This document shows, piece by piece, positions 31,202-41,666 of a DNA stretch of 64,000 nucleotides. Source of the DNA: Promethearchaeota archaeon (GTDB lineage: Archaea > Asgardarchaeota > Lokiarchaeia > Sigyniarchaeales > SOKP01); contig JAEOUA010000010.1 of assembly GCA_016839555.1 (NCBI GenBank), positions 192,001-256,000 of the forward strand, given 5' to 3'. The notes under the pieces were generated by a model. It was given only the letters and a program-made list of their open reading frames with translations, did not search any database and had not been told where the DNA came from. How positions within the stretch are numbered: the first letter of the stretch is position 1; every line of letters starts with the position of its first letter. A program made the translations under genes and the position numbers.

Positions 31202-31240
31202 TAGTTTATTTAAACTAATATTTAAAATATATGGTTTTCA
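31202..31240 (-). promoter_or_regulatory. Probable BRE-TATA promoter of the ilvE leader with an adjacent 7-2-7 palindrome
   Basis: TTTTAAATA at 31227-31219, 23-31 nt before the uORF ATG; TAGTTTA-TT-TAAACTA at 31202-31217. Confidence 0.45.
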
Positions 31241-31479
31241 TTAGGGGGAATTGTAGTGGGAATTATCTTATAAAGTGTATTATCACTCTAATTAATAGAA
31301 ATCTTTTTAATTCGAGAATTTAATGGCTTTTAAAGCAATAAGAAATTTTAATTAGCATTTAACCATCATAAGATCCCTTAAAGTCTTCGAAATTACGAGT
31401 CTATCCTAAAAAACATTAATAATAAATATTCATAAAAACTTTAAAAAATATTAATAAAAAAAAAATTTTTTTATTTAAA

Positions 31480-32928
31480 ATGAGGGCTATAAAAAAAAGA
31501 AATAAGATTCTCTCCATATTAATTGTTAGTATTTTTCTAATCATTTTTTCAGCAATTAATATGGGAATAGATTTTAATACGCCTCTTAAAAACTCTGAAA
31601 CAACCATTCTGTACCAAAAAAATCCAATACTCGAACCTTCTTCAGTTACATATAATTGGGGCTCTATAGAATTAATCTCTACGGGTAGCGTTAATGATTC
31701 CAGAGATCCAGAGATTATATCTGACAGTTCAGGAAATTTGTATGTTGTCTGGGATGATGGTAATGCTTCGGATCCAAATGATAGGGATGTATTTTTTAAA
31801 TTGTGGAATAAAACAACTAGTAATTGGGAGAATAATGAGACAGTTTCAGAAGATTACAATTTAATATCTGCTAATCCTGATATAGCTTTAATCGATAAAA
31901 CTGCCTTTGTAGTATGGCAAAATATGGGAGATGATATGAATTCTTATGATATATTACGGAGTATCCGAAATCCTGGCGGAAGTTGGGGCAGTTATAAGAA
32001 TCTAACTATTAATAGTACGGAAAAAATCAAAATAAATCCATCCCTTTATATTGATAAAGCTGGTAGACCACATACAGTATGGACCGAAGTAAATAAAACT
32101 AATTCTAGCTATTACAATATCTATTATAATAAAAACTTTTTAACAACGGAAAGAATAACAAATTATTCTGCGGAAGAAGCAACCAATCCGCAAGTTATTT
32201 GCGATTCTGAAAATAAACCCCATATAGTATGGCAAGAGAAATATGTTGTTGGAATTGGTACTAGTATAAAAATAAGGCATATATGGTATGATGAGGGATG
32301 GAAAGACATAGAAGATATAAGTCAAATAGGAGAATATATAACTTGTAAAGATCCCAGTATCGCTGTAGATAGTTCAGGCAACATACACGTTGTTTGGCAA
32401 ACACACGATAGTACATTCTCTTCCTCCTCCATAAATTATAAAGTTTGGGATAAAATAACTGAAGAATGGGGATCAACTAAGACAATCGCAAATATTGAAT
32501 CAACAGAATATGTTTTCCCTGAGATTGCGATTGATAGTGCGGATAATATACATATAGTATATGGAGATGATCCAAATGCTACATTGGAAAGAGATTTATT
32601 TTACATAAATCTTTTGAGTGATTCAATCATTTGGAGTCCAGCTCAATGTATAGCAAATGGTACTAAGAGTGTATGGGAGTTCTCTATTACAGCAGATATT
32701 TACGACAAAATACATATTGTATGGGAAGATTATTCAAATTTTAACAATTCGGGAGATGATTCAGACATATTTTATAGGCGATTAACTTTAATTCAAAGGA
32801 AACAAAATATCCTATTCCTTCTCCCGAGCAGTCAAGCGCCACAGATTCCAGGTTATAATATTCTTATCTTAATTGGTGCGATTTCTGTAATATCGATGAT
32901 TATAATGAAAAAATATTTGAAAATATGA
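31480..32928 (+). CDS. Secreted beta-propeller-like repeat protein with a Loki-CTERM-type sorting signal
   Basis: Signal peptide; repeats P.I..DS.G..H.VW; many N-x-S/T sites; C-terminal IPGY, TM helix and basic tail. Confidence 0.8.
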   Translation: MRAIKKRNKILSILIVSIFLIIFSAINMGIDFNTPLKNSETTILYQKNPILEPSSVTYNWGSIELISTGSVNDSRDPEIISDSSGNLYVVWDDGNASDPNDRDVFFKLWNKTTSNWENNETVSEDYNLISANPDIALIDKTAFVVWQNMGDDMNSYDILRSIRNPGGSWGSYKNLTINSTEKIKINPSLYIDKAGRPHTVWTEVNKTNSSYYNIYYNKNFLTTERITNYSAEEATNPQVICDSENKPHIVWQEKYVVGIGTSIKIRHIWYDEGWKDIEDISQIGEYITCKDPSIAVDSSGNIHVVWQTHDSTFSSSSINYKVWDKITEEWGSTKTIANIESTEYVFPEIAIDSADNIHIVYGDDPNATLERDLFYINLLSDSIIWSPAQCIANGTKSVWEFSITADIYDKIHIVWEDYSNFNNSGDDSDIFYRRLTLIQRKQNILFLLPSSQAPQIPGYNILILIGAISVISMIIMKKYLKI

Positions 32929-33066
32929 ATGTATATCTAATACATCATATTTTCTGTTTTCTTTTTTTTAATGAGACAAGCAAAAATGATAGAGAGATTA
33001 AAAAACCTTTAAAATAAGAATCATATTATTCTCTAAATAGATTTTTCTTAGTTGATATAAGTATAA

Positions 33067-33774
33067 CTAAATTAATTCTCTTAAATCAGATAAGGTACCC
33101 CTAAAATTTGGTTCCGGAGTTTCTGGACTCAAATCAGTATTTTCATTTTCAATCAAAAAAGTTTTGCAGCCCAGTTTAGCTGCAACCATATCTTTATCTT
33201 CATCTCCAACCATTAAGCACTTTTCTGGGGAAATTTTAATTTTCTCTGCTATTTGTTTAAAATATAGTAAATTTGGTTTTGTAGCGCTAACTTGGTCATA
33301 GCTGGTTATGAGATCATAATCAAAATCACCTAAATCTCCCCAATCTAAGCGTTGTCGAATAGCCGTCTCGGGCAATAATGGTGTGGTGGCAATCACTACT
33401 TTATATCCATTTTCAAACGCATTTTTAACAGTTGGTCGGGCCTCAGGCTTTTTATTCGCATATTGTTTGAGCTTATGAAACTCCTCTTTATAAAATTGTA
33501 TAAAGCGCGGCTCTAAATCGTCCCGCGTATAGCCCTCAATTGGAAAAAAATAGGTCGCAAAAATCTCTTCATTGGTAGCCTCTCCATTATTATTTTCAAG
33601 CCTATTAGAGGCTTCAAGAAGTCGAGGGATAAATATTTTTCGAGGTATATATTCTTTTACATAATTGGAAAGCAACTTGATATAACCGGGAATAAATTTC
33701 TTAAGATTAATATCAATAAGAGTCCCATCAAGATCAAATAATATTGCCTCAATATGAGTACCATTGATAATCAT
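33067..33774 (-). CDS. HAD superfamily hydrolase
   Basis: FDLDGTL, KP, MVGD; paralog of 41667-42371. Confidence 0.9.
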   Translation of the reverse strand: MIINGTHIEAILFDLDGTLIDINLKKFIPGYIKLLSNYVKEYIPRKIFIPRLLEASNRLENNNGEATNEEIFATYFFPIEGYTRDDLEPRFIQFYKEEFHKLKQYANKKPEARPTVKNAFENGYKVVIATTPLLPETAIRQRLDWGDLGDFDYDLITSYDQVSATKPNLLYFKQIAEKIKISPEKCLMVGDEDKDMVAAKLGCKTFLIENENTDLSPETPEPNFRGTLSDLRELI

Positions 33775-33830
33775 ATTTAGTATTATGTTGTTTTTTTGAA
33801 TAATTTTTTGCTTAATTTATTAAGTTTAAT

Positions 33831-34679
33831 TTGTTTATGCTTTTCTCAAAAATTATTAAATTGAAAAAAGATGATATAATATATAAAAAAGAGGATTTTA
33901 GAAAAAAGGATCAAAAATTATTTGAATTTATTAAGAGTAAAAGTATAATGATCACGGAATTAAGTCCCAAAATAATCGAAGCGTTTGATAGGGTAAGAAA
34001 AATATATTTCCTACAAGGGTTTGAAAGGATTTCTAAAGAAACTAAAAATATACTTAAATCTAATTTGAAGAATGAAGAATATTTAATGGATATTAAATCT
34101 ACGATTGAATTAATAATCGAATCTCAATATGAGGAAAAACTTACTGAATTTGATGAATTTTTCATCTTACCTCATCTTAAAGAAGAATTAGCTTTAATCC
34201 ATACATATTTAATTGATCTCTTGAAGGGAGATCCTGATGTGGAGAATTTAAAATGCTTCATTATTTTTAATCCCAAAACTGGCATCGTGAGATTTGGATG
34301 GAACCATCAGATTTTCAAAAAGGATATTGATCTTGTGGCAGGACTATTTACTGCTATAACCAGTTTCTCCAAAGAAGCAATTGAAAGACAGCTGAAGGGT
34401 TTAAGCGTGGAAGGAATGGAATTTCAGATGATTTCTTTTAAAAAATGTGATATAGCAATATTATATATATTAGAGAGGGACCCTTCCCCTCTTTTGATAA
34501 AAAGATTAAACATATTCGCTACTGAACTTGAGAATGAATTTTTAGAATTATTTGGAACAATGGATTTTATAGATTTTACAGACGATAAAGAGGTAAGGGA
34601 AAAAATGTATAAAATAATGGTTAATATTTTAAGATTTGATTATAAGAAATTAGCCAAAAAGGATAATCATAAAGAATAA
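33831..34679 (+). CDS. Hypothetical protein with a C-terminal longin-like domain (start uncertain)
   Basis: DIDLVAGLFTAITSFSKE resembles the Asgard longin-like helix motif. Confidence 0.5.
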   Translation: MFMLFSKIIKLKKDDIIYKKEDFRKKDQKLFEFIKSKSIMITELSPKIIEAFDRVRKIYFLQGFERISKETKNILKSNLKNEEYLMDIKSTIELIIESQYEEKLTEFDEFFILPHLKEELALIHTYLIDLLKGDPDVENLKCFIIFNPKTGIVRFGWNHQIFKKDIDLVAGLFTAITSFSKEAIERQLKGLSVEGMEFQMISFKKCDIAILYILERDPSPLLIKRLNIFATELENEFLELFGTMDFIDFTDDKEVREKMYKIMVNILRFDYKKLAKKDNHKE

Positions 34680-34741
34680 TTCTTACAACGCAATTTTAAT
34701 TAATTAAAAATGAAATTATGATAAAATATAAAAAGTAAAAT

Positions 34742-35404
34742 ATGAGTATACAAAATTTTTTGAATCAATTGCATCAAAAAATTAAAATTTTTCATGATAT
34801 TGTCAAAAAAGAGGTCTTTTATCTAAGTGAGTGTAATTTATCAGTCATAAAATCTAAAAATGAATCAGATGTGATGCCTCTTTCCATGGCAATCTTTTTT
34901 TTAAGAAATATAGTGAAAGAAATGTCCCGATCGAGTATTAAAATAAAAGATTTTAATAGATTAGAAGCAAATATTAAAAACCTTTTTCAAAAATTTATTG
35001 ATACTCCCGAATTAATTAATTTTGATAAAGGAGAAGATTTATTTATTAAATTAAATGAGCAAAGTTCATTATCTATATTTCAACCGCTATTTAATAATTT
35101 TTTTCAAGAAAATATAAATAAAGAAGTAATGAAACACAACTGTCTTACATTAAAAGAAAGTTTAATCAATTTTGAGAATTTTAAAGAGAAATATAGAGAA
35201 TTCAATTTAAAATGTCAGAATTTTGAGAATTTAAGAGAAAAGTTTGAAAGATTGCAAAATCTCTTAAACGTTGGAGACTTGAAAACACTTAACGAACAAA
35301 ATATAGAAGATTTTAGATTATTTCGAAGTTTTTTGCCTTTTAGCGCAAATTCCGAATATGTAATTGATATTGAACAGAAAAAAATAGTTAAATTATCCAA
35401 ATAA
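34742..35404 (+). CDS. Hypothetical helical/coiled-coil protein
   Basis: 220-aa ORF co-oriented with neighbours; internal repeat NFENFKEK/NFENLREK. Confidence 0.55.
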   Translation: MSIQNFLNQLHQKIKIFHDIVKKEVFYLSECNLSVIKSKNESDVMPLSMAIFFLRNIVKEMSRSSIKIKDFNRLEANIKNLFQKFIDTPELINFDKGEDLFIKLNEQSSLSIFQPLFNNFFQENINKEVMKHNCLTLKESLINFENFKEKYREFNLKCQNFENLREKFERLQNLLNVGDLKTLNEQNIEDFRLFRSFLPFSANSEYVIDIEQKKIVKLSK

Positions 35405-35450
35405 TTGATTTATAAATTTAATAGAAAGTAATCAAATATTCCTTGAAATC

Positions 35451-35816
35451 ATGCAATTAAAAGAAGTAATGAGATTTTTATTAGAAGAAGTAGAAAATAA
35501 TTGTTTTATTAAAATCTCGGATTTTTTAAGCGAAAAAAATTTAGATTCCGTAAATACTAAAGACTTAATTAAAGTGATTAAGAAAATACCTCATAGTAAA
35601 TTACTCTTGGATACAAATGATGAGGTAATATATTCATATAATTTAGTTTATACATATTGTAGAGAGAAGTTTTTCGAATCTTTAGCTAATCAAAACGAGA
35701 TTAATCTTACTTCAGATGATTTTGAAAACTTTAAACCAGAAGATATAATTCGGATTTTTTGTAATATTAATAGAGAATTTTTCGATTTTCTTATTTCAAT
35801 TATCAGAGAAAAGTAA
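35451..35816 (+). CDS. Hypothetical protein
   Basis: 121-aa ORF with ATG start, co-oriented. Confidence 0.5.
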   Translation: MQLKEVMRFLLEEVENNCFIKISDFLSEKNLDSVNTKDLIKVIKKIPHSKLLLDTNDEVIYSYNLVYTYCREKFFESLANQNEINLTSDDFENFKPEDIIRIFCNINREFFDFLISIIREK

Positions 35817-35990
35817 GTCGGTAAAAGCATTAAGATTTATATGTTATTGGAGAATTTCTTCATCAACTATAAAACAAAATCAAGAATTTGTTATAATTTT
35901 ATTTATAACCTCATTCAATATGAATAATGGTCAAATTATTAAAATTAAGTTAATTTTTTTATATATCAGAATAAATTTTTACATTATTTT

Positions 35991-37199
35991 ATGAATTTAA
36001 ATCTAGTTCCTCTCGAACGAACTGTATATGTTGGCGACAAACTGCCAGTTCAAGTAAAATTTATCTTTGATGAAGAAGAAGAGCTTTATTGGAGTGGGAT
36101 TATATTAATTACTTCTCCTCCATGTGCAAAGGAATTACAAATAGCAAGAAAAGAAATTTTTACAAAAGGAAATTTTGAGGCAGGAGAATATATTCGAAAA
36201 AAATCAATAACTATAAAAAATAATGTTGTACCAACTATAGAAAAGAGAGATCTAGTTTATAATATTCAATTATTATTGAGAAAACCTAATCCAATTAATC
36301 CAGATGAGCATCTAATCATTAAGAGGAAAGAAAAAATAGAAATCCTTCCCAAGAAAACCGCTGAACAGAGGTCTACGAGCCCATTATCTTTTTCAATTTC
36401 TAATTTGAACGTAAATGTAAAAAAAGACGTTTTTAAGCCAGGAGAAACAATTAAGATAAACTTTTCATCAAAAGGTTTAAAGGAATTAGAAGTAAGATTA
36501 CTCCAAAAAGCAAATTTAGTTTGCCATTGTGAACAATATGGTAAAAGCTGTCAGCAAGTTGATAATTTGCCTCCTGCGATTGCTGGTAAAGCACGGAAAA
36601 AAGCAAATACAGAAGAAGGATATTTATTAATCAAAGTACCTGAAACAGCAGAACTCACCCATAATTACTTATGGGAACCCTCAGAAAAAGAATTTTGGGG
36701 ATTAAAATATGGAGATTATTGCGAATGGTCTTTATTAGTGATTGGGCGAAAAGATCCTGAATACGGAAAAGAAGCTATAAGATTTGAATTGCCAATTTCA
36801 ATTACCGCAAAACCAATTGAAGAAAGAAAAATTGGTGTAGATTTATTTTCTGAATCAAAATCAGGGGCTTCCTCTTTATTTGAAGGAGTCTCGACGCAAT
36901 TTCAGAAAAAATTTAATGTATTATCAACATCTTTGTTGAGTGAAAGTGGGACTGATTTAAAAAAGTATAAAATACAAATAGAAAATATATCAAAGAAAGC
37001 CCTTGAAGGAGCAACAATAAAATTGTCAGGCCTTCAAGAGGGATTATTCGAGACTGCCCCTTCCATCACGGGGTTTAAAAAATGGGAAGAAGGTGAGGTA
37101 AAGGATATTATATATGAAACAAAGCAACCAATAACTGCATTAGTAAGCGTTATCGAAGATAACTCGCAAATGATTGTGAGAACACAAAAACCTATTTAA
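35991..37199 (+). CDS. Arrestin/Vps26-like tandem beta-sandwich protein (tentative)
   Basis: Two domains opening with L.L...RTVYVGD and V.VKKDVFKPGETI.I patterns; third Ig-like domain; CHC..C insertion. Confidence 0.5.
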   Translation: MNLNLVPLERTVYVGDKLPVQVKFIFDEEEELYWSGIILITSPPCAKELQIARKEIFTKGNFEAGEYIRKKSITIKNNVVPTIEKRDLVYNIQLLLRKPNPINPDEHLIIKRKEKIEILPKKTAEQRSTSPLSFSISNLNVNVKKDVFKPGETIKINFSSKGLKELEVRLLQKANLVCHCEQYGKSCQQVDNLPPAIAGKARKKANTEEGYLLIKVPETAELTHNYLWEPSEKEFWGLKYGDYCEWSLLVIGRKDPEYGKEAIRFELPISITAKPIEERKIGVDLFSESKSGASSLFEGVSTQFQKKFNVLSTSLLSESGTDLKKYKIQIENISKKALEGATIKLSGLQEGLFETAPSITGFKKWEEGEVKDIIYETKQPITALVSVIEDNSQMIVRTQKPI

Positions 37200-37414
37200 A
37201 ATTCTAAAATATCATCTGAAATTTTCATAATTTTTTCTCTTTATTTTGAACTGATTAAAACCTTTATTTAAAAGCTATATTTTATTGACCAGTTCCGCAT
37301 AGAGTAAAACAGCTAATAAAAGCTCTGAAGGAATTTTTTTCTTATTTATAAAAATCTATTACTCAAAATGCTTAAGCGAAATGCTTTATAAAGTAAAAAA
37401 TCTTTTGTTTATTT

Positions 37415-38782
37415 ATGGCATTTTTAGATGATAATTATTTATTAACAAACAATACAGCAAAAACGATATATGATCAGATAAAAGATCTACCGATTTTAGA
37501 TGCTCACAATCATGCTGATGTTAAAGAAATCCGAGAAAATAAGAATTATTCTGATATATGGTATATAGAAGCAGCAACAGACCATTATGTGTGGGAATTA
37601 CTTAGAAAAAGAGGCGTGGAAGAGAAATATATTACTGGAAGTGCATCAAATAAAGAGAAATGGATGAAATTAGCAAACGTTTTTGAGCAGCTCGTGGGTA
37701 ATCCCGTATATGAATGGGTTCATTTAGATCTTAAGAGAAGATTAGGAATAGATCTATTAATTAATGAATACAATGCTGAGAAAATTTGGGATATAACAAA
37801 AGAGCTTTTAGAGCAGGAAAATTTTAAACCTCAAGCGCTTTTAAAAGAGATGGATGTTGAACTGATGTGCTCAACAGATGATCCCATTGATTCACTTGAA
37901 GATCATAAAGCTTTAAAGGAATCAGATTGCAAAACTAAAGTTTTACCAACATGGCGACCTGATAAATCTATGCATATTAATAAAGTGGGATTTCCTGATT
38001 ATATTAAAAAACTTGAAGAACGCGTTCAGAAGCAGATACTAAATATTGATGATTTAATTGAAGCACTACAAGAAACACATGATTTTTTCGAGAAGATGGG
38101 CGCAAAAGCAAGCGATCATGGTGTGGAGGTACCTTTTGGATATATTATTGATCATCAAAAAGCGGATCAAATATTTCAAAAGAGGATGAAGGGAGAAAAT
38201 GTAAAAAAAGAGGAGGAAAAGGCATATATATCTTATATGCTTCATAAGTTCGGTGAGATGAATGTAAAATCCAATTGGGTTATGCAAATCCATTTAGGAG
38301 CCATGAGAGATATTCGAGATACACTATATAATAATATTGGGCCGGATTCAGGAGGAGATATTTCCAATCATTTTATTCCCATTGTAGAACCACTAAAAGC
38401 TTTTCTGAATAAATTTGATGAGAGATTAAAAATCGTCCTCTATGCTCTTGATCCAACACATTATCCAACATTAGCTACATTAACTCGCGCATTTGGAGAG
38501 ACCGTAAGCTTAGGAGCTGCATGGTGGTTTAATGATTCTCCTATTGGAATGAAACGACAATTAGAATATATTGGCACTGTAGACTTATTAATGAATTTTG
38601 CTGGAATGGTCTCTGATTCGAGAAAATTAATGTCGTATGGGTCAAGAACTGAAATGTTTCGAAGAGTACTTTCAGATGTTTTGGGAAATTTAGTTGAGAA
38701 AGGGCAAATACCTTTAGAACTTGCTATTCGGGGTGCTGTTCATATTTGTTATGAAAGAAAAAAGGTTTTATTCAACTTCTAA
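37415..38782 (+). CDS. uxaC: Uronate (glucuronate) isomerase
   Basis: LPILDAHNH, DHY.W...R..GV.E, STDDP, PTWRPD, QIHLG, AAWWFND, SDSR. Confidence 0.95.
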   Translation: MAFLDDNYLLTNNTAKTIYDQIKDLPILDAHNHADVKEIRENKNYSDIWYIEAATDHYVWELLRKRGVEEKYITGSASNKEKWMKLANVFEQLVGNPVYEWVHLDLKRRLGIDLLINEYNAEKIWDITKELLEQENFKPQALLKEMDVELMCSTDDPIDSLEDHKALKESDCKTKVLPTWRPDKSMHINKVGFPDYIKKLEERVQKQILNIDDLIEALQETHDFFEKMGAKASDHGVEVPFGYIIDHQKADQIFQKRMKGENVKKEEEKAYISYMLHKFGEMNVKSNWVMQIHLGAMRDIRDTLYNNIGPDSGGDISNHFIPIVEPLKAFLNKFDERLKIVLYALDPTHYPTLATLTRAFGETVSLGAAWWFNDSPIGMKRQLEYIGTVDLLMNFAGMVSDSRKLMSYGSRTEMFRRVLSDVLGNLVEKGQIPLELAIRGAVHICYERKKVLFNF

Positions 38783-38796
38783 AATTAGTTCACATA

Positions 38797-39039
38797 TTAT
38801 TTTTTAATATTTAACTCTTTTTTAAGGATTTCAATATGTTTTTCAGTAAGTTTCTTAGGTTTTTTCGGCGTTTCAGACTTATTTTTCTTAAAATGAGAAA
38901 ATGGAATAAATATTTGAGAATATAAATTAAATAAATCCTGTAATGACGTGAATTTTTGTTGTATTTGGTTTTGTAAATCAATAAATTCTTTACGGTCTAA
39001 TTTTTCGCTATTGAGCTGAATAATCAGATCTTTCGACAT
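38797..39039 (-). CDS. Small hypothetical protein
   Basis: 80-aa ORF downstream of the MglA-like gene. Confidence 0.45.
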   Translation of the reverse strand: MSKDLIIQLNSEKLDRKEFIDLQNQIQQKFTSLQDLFNLYSQIFIPFSHFKKNKSETPKKPKKLTEKHIEILKKELNIKK

Positions 39040-39177
39040 TATGATCTAATTAGTTTGAATCTTTTTAAAGAACCAGAGATTGAAGATTTAATAAATTATT
39101 CATCCTTTAAAAAATGAATTTAGATTTTTTTCTAGTAAAATAATAGTTCTAAAGGGGCAAACAAAACTTTTTGAATC

Positions 39178-39774
39178 TTAATTGTTATTAAGAAGAGTAG
39201 TTTTTTGATAAGATTTTGATAGAATTAAGGTTAGGATTTTTTCGAATGTTTCTAGTACACCTTCGCCGTTTAGGGCGATTGTTCGAATAAGCGCGATATT
39301 ATCATAAGATTCATAGTTGATTTCTTTTAAAAAATGAGGCACCGCAAATTTTTCTCGCAAATCCTGTTTGTTTAAGGCAATCACTTTAGGTATTTCATTT
39401 AAGGTTTTTCTATTAAAATATCTCTTCAGCTCTTTCCACGAATTAATGTTCCTCTTGAGTGCTTCTTTGTAAGAATCGGCAACAAATATAATTCCGTCTG
39501 TTGCCCTTACAACTGTTGGACGTGTGATAAGGTAAAAATCCTGACCTGTAGTAGTATAAATATTCATTTTAAGCTTCCAGTTCTTATTCTGAAAGGTAAT
39601 TGTTCCATAATCAAAAAATAAGGTTCTATTTACAGTGCTTTCGATGCTCTGTATCTCTTCTCCTTTACCAAAGTGATTGAATAAACTCTTAATAGAGGTT
39701 GTTTTACCCGACATTGCAGGGCCATAGTAGACAATTTTAAGCTGAATAACCTTTTCCAAACTATTAATTATCAT
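39178..39774 (-). CDS. MglA-like small GTPase
   Basis: KIVYYGPAMSGKTT, RTLFFD, TGQDFY, DGIIFVADS, NKQD. Confidence 0.85.
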   Translation of the reverse strand: MIINSLEKVIQLKIVYYGPAMSGKTTSIKSLFNHFGKGEEIQSIESTVNRTLFFDYGTITFQNKNWKLKMNIYTTTGQDFYLITRPTVVRATDGIIFVADSYKEALKRNINSWKELKRYFNRKTLNEIPKVIALNKQDLREKFAVPHFLKEINYESYDNIALIRTIALNGEGVLETFEKILTLILSKSYQKTTLLNNN

Positions 39775-39853
39775 TTTTTACATTTAATAGTTATAAAAAG
39801 AATTATTTAAAGAACGAGATAATTCTAATCAAAAATCCAAAAAACTTTTTTAA

Positions 39854-40183
39854 TCAAAGATGATAGATTTTTTTCATTTTTTTATTGATTTTGCGTTTTA
39901 TTTGCTTACTTATATGACCTAATTCTCCAATAATAAGATTCTTACTAATAGTGGCTATTTTATCTAAAAAGATTGTAGAACTAACTTTCAAATTAGTAAT
40001 CGGAAAATCTTTATAATTTTTATCTAAGATAATATAAGTTTCTTCTGAGGATTTTGGTATTTTAGAAGATATAAATACCACAACCACATCTTTTGGTCTT
40101 TCAAGGATAACTAGAGCTGGTCTTCTCTTAACTGTTTTTAAATCGGTAAACGTGAATGGAATTAAAACAATTTTTCCTTTCAT
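39854..40183 (-). CDS. PemK/MazF family toxin
   Basis: GKIVLIPFTFTDL, KRRPALVI, ISS, L.V.STI.LDKIATI. Confidence 0.9.
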   Translation of the reverse strand: MKGKIVLIPFTFTDLKTVKRRPALVILERPKDVVVVFISSKIPKSSEETYIILDKNYKDFPITNLKVSSTIFLDKIATISKNLIIGELGHISKQIKRKINKKMKKIYHL

Positions 40184-40422
40184 TTGTATCGCTTAATTAA
40201 ATCTTCATCTGTATAGATATCGGGTTCTTTTTCAAGGAACTCTTTTAAAGAACGTTCAGAAAGCATTTCTAATTCTTGACAAAATATTGGTCCTTCTTGA
40301 TATTTTAAATTTTTCAAATAATTTTCAATAGCTCTGCTTGCGATAGAAGACCAATTTACTTCAGGGTAATCTTCCATTTTTTTTACTAATTCTTCTGGGA
40401 TGGAGATTATTAGTTTACTCAT
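40180..40422 (-). CDS. Cognate antitoxin with a ribbon-helix-helix-like N-terminus
   Basis: ISIPEEL..KM..YPEVNWS.IA.RAI; ATGA overlap with the toxin gene. Confidence 0.8.
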   Translation of the reverse strand: MSKLIISIPEELVKKMEDYPEVNWSSIASRAIENYLKNLKYQEGPIFCQELEMLSERSLKEFLEKEPDIYTDEDLIKRYK

Positions 40423-40917
40423 TTCTCTATTATTAATATAATACCATAATATAAATTTCTTTCTTTACATTAAGAATTAATTTAAAATTTTTTAAACTAT
40501 ATTCCCATATTAATATCTTGATTATCTTTCTTTAATATTTTCAATAAATCCGATATTCTTTCTCTACTTTAATCTTAAATTCTACATTATTTTCATTAAA
40601 TAATTATCATTTAATTCATAAATAATATGATAAATATCGTATTTGGATCTTCAAAATTAGCTATCCCAGATATAATATTTGAAAATTTTTAAATCTTTAA
40701 AAATTTATAAAATATTCCTAAAAGTAATATTTTGCCTTACTCTAATATGTTTTGAGAGCTATAATAAAATCTGATCAATATTACCCTCTAAACTTTGTGA
40801 TAATATTATGATTCATTTCTACAAAAAAAGAAAAAGAATTACATAAAGAAGAATATTTTTTTTAAAAATATATAGAAGGACTTAATTCAATTATAATTAA
40901 GAAAAAAGGGGTTAATA

Positions 40918-41466
40918 TTATGTCTCTTCTGCCTTTAATTTAGATGTGATTCTTTTAGTCAATTCAATAAACGCCTTTTCAACATTTTCATTGGTTTTAG
41001 CAGAAGTTTCTATATATATACTGCCTCTCTCCTTAGCAAACTCAGATGGAAGATTTGGTTCAATAATTCTTCCTACCTCCGAAATTAAATCTAATTTGTT
41101 TCCAATTAAAATAAAAGGAACTTCATGCTTCGTATAAGTTAACATCTCAGCATACCATTTTTTTATCAAATTATCATAGGTAAACGCTCTACTCAAATCA
41201 AAAACTAATAGAGCACCATTAGTACCTCTATAAAAATTGCGGCGCAAATACTTGAAGCGCTCTTGTCCTCCAATATCCCAAATAGTGAGAGTTGCTGAGA
41301 GATTTTCAAAATCAACTTTTTTATTCATAATATCAACCCCCATTGTCATTTCATATGAAGAAGAAAACCTGTTATGAACAAAACGATTAACTAAACTTGT
41401 TTTTCCCACGGATCCAGGGCCAATCAAAATGATTTTATATTGATACTTCATAATATTTTGACACAA
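40918..41466 (-). CDS. Rab-like small GTPase (likely start ATG 41451)
   Basis: GPGSVGKTS, TMGVD, WDIGGQE, GNKLD, ETSAK; no C-terminal prenylation Cys. Confidence 0.92.
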   Translation of the reverse strand: MCQNIMKYQYKIILIGPGSVGKTSLVNRFVHNRFSSSYEMTMGVDIMNKKVDFENLSATLTIWDIGGQERFKYLRRNFYRGTNGALLVFDLSRAFTYDNLIKKWYAEMLTYTKHEVPFILIGNKLDLISEVGRIIEPNLPSEFAKERGSIYIETSAKTNENVEKAFIELTKRITSKLKAEET

Positions 41467-41666
41467 ATTAAATTAAATTAAAAATTTTACTCCTAGATTA
41501 ATTAGTAAAATTAATAGATAATAAAGATATCATTTTTAGCGTGTATTGTTAAAAAACGGTACTTTAAGTTTTAGATTTTAGACTCTAGAATCAATCAATA
41601 TAAATAGATTTATTAAGAAAAATGAGAATTATAATTAATAAAACTAAAAATAAATTTTAGATTTGT

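Noticed and set aside
37291-37340. Hairpin (AGTTCC..AGAG../..CTCT..GGAATT plus T-run) upstream of uxaC as a SECIS or riboswitch
   Set aside because: No neighbouring in-frame UGA and no recognisable core; at most a weak terminator.
40423-40917. Long AT-rich intergenic gap as a hidden gene or mobile-element end
   Set aside because: No convincing ORF, terminal repeats or stable structure visible.
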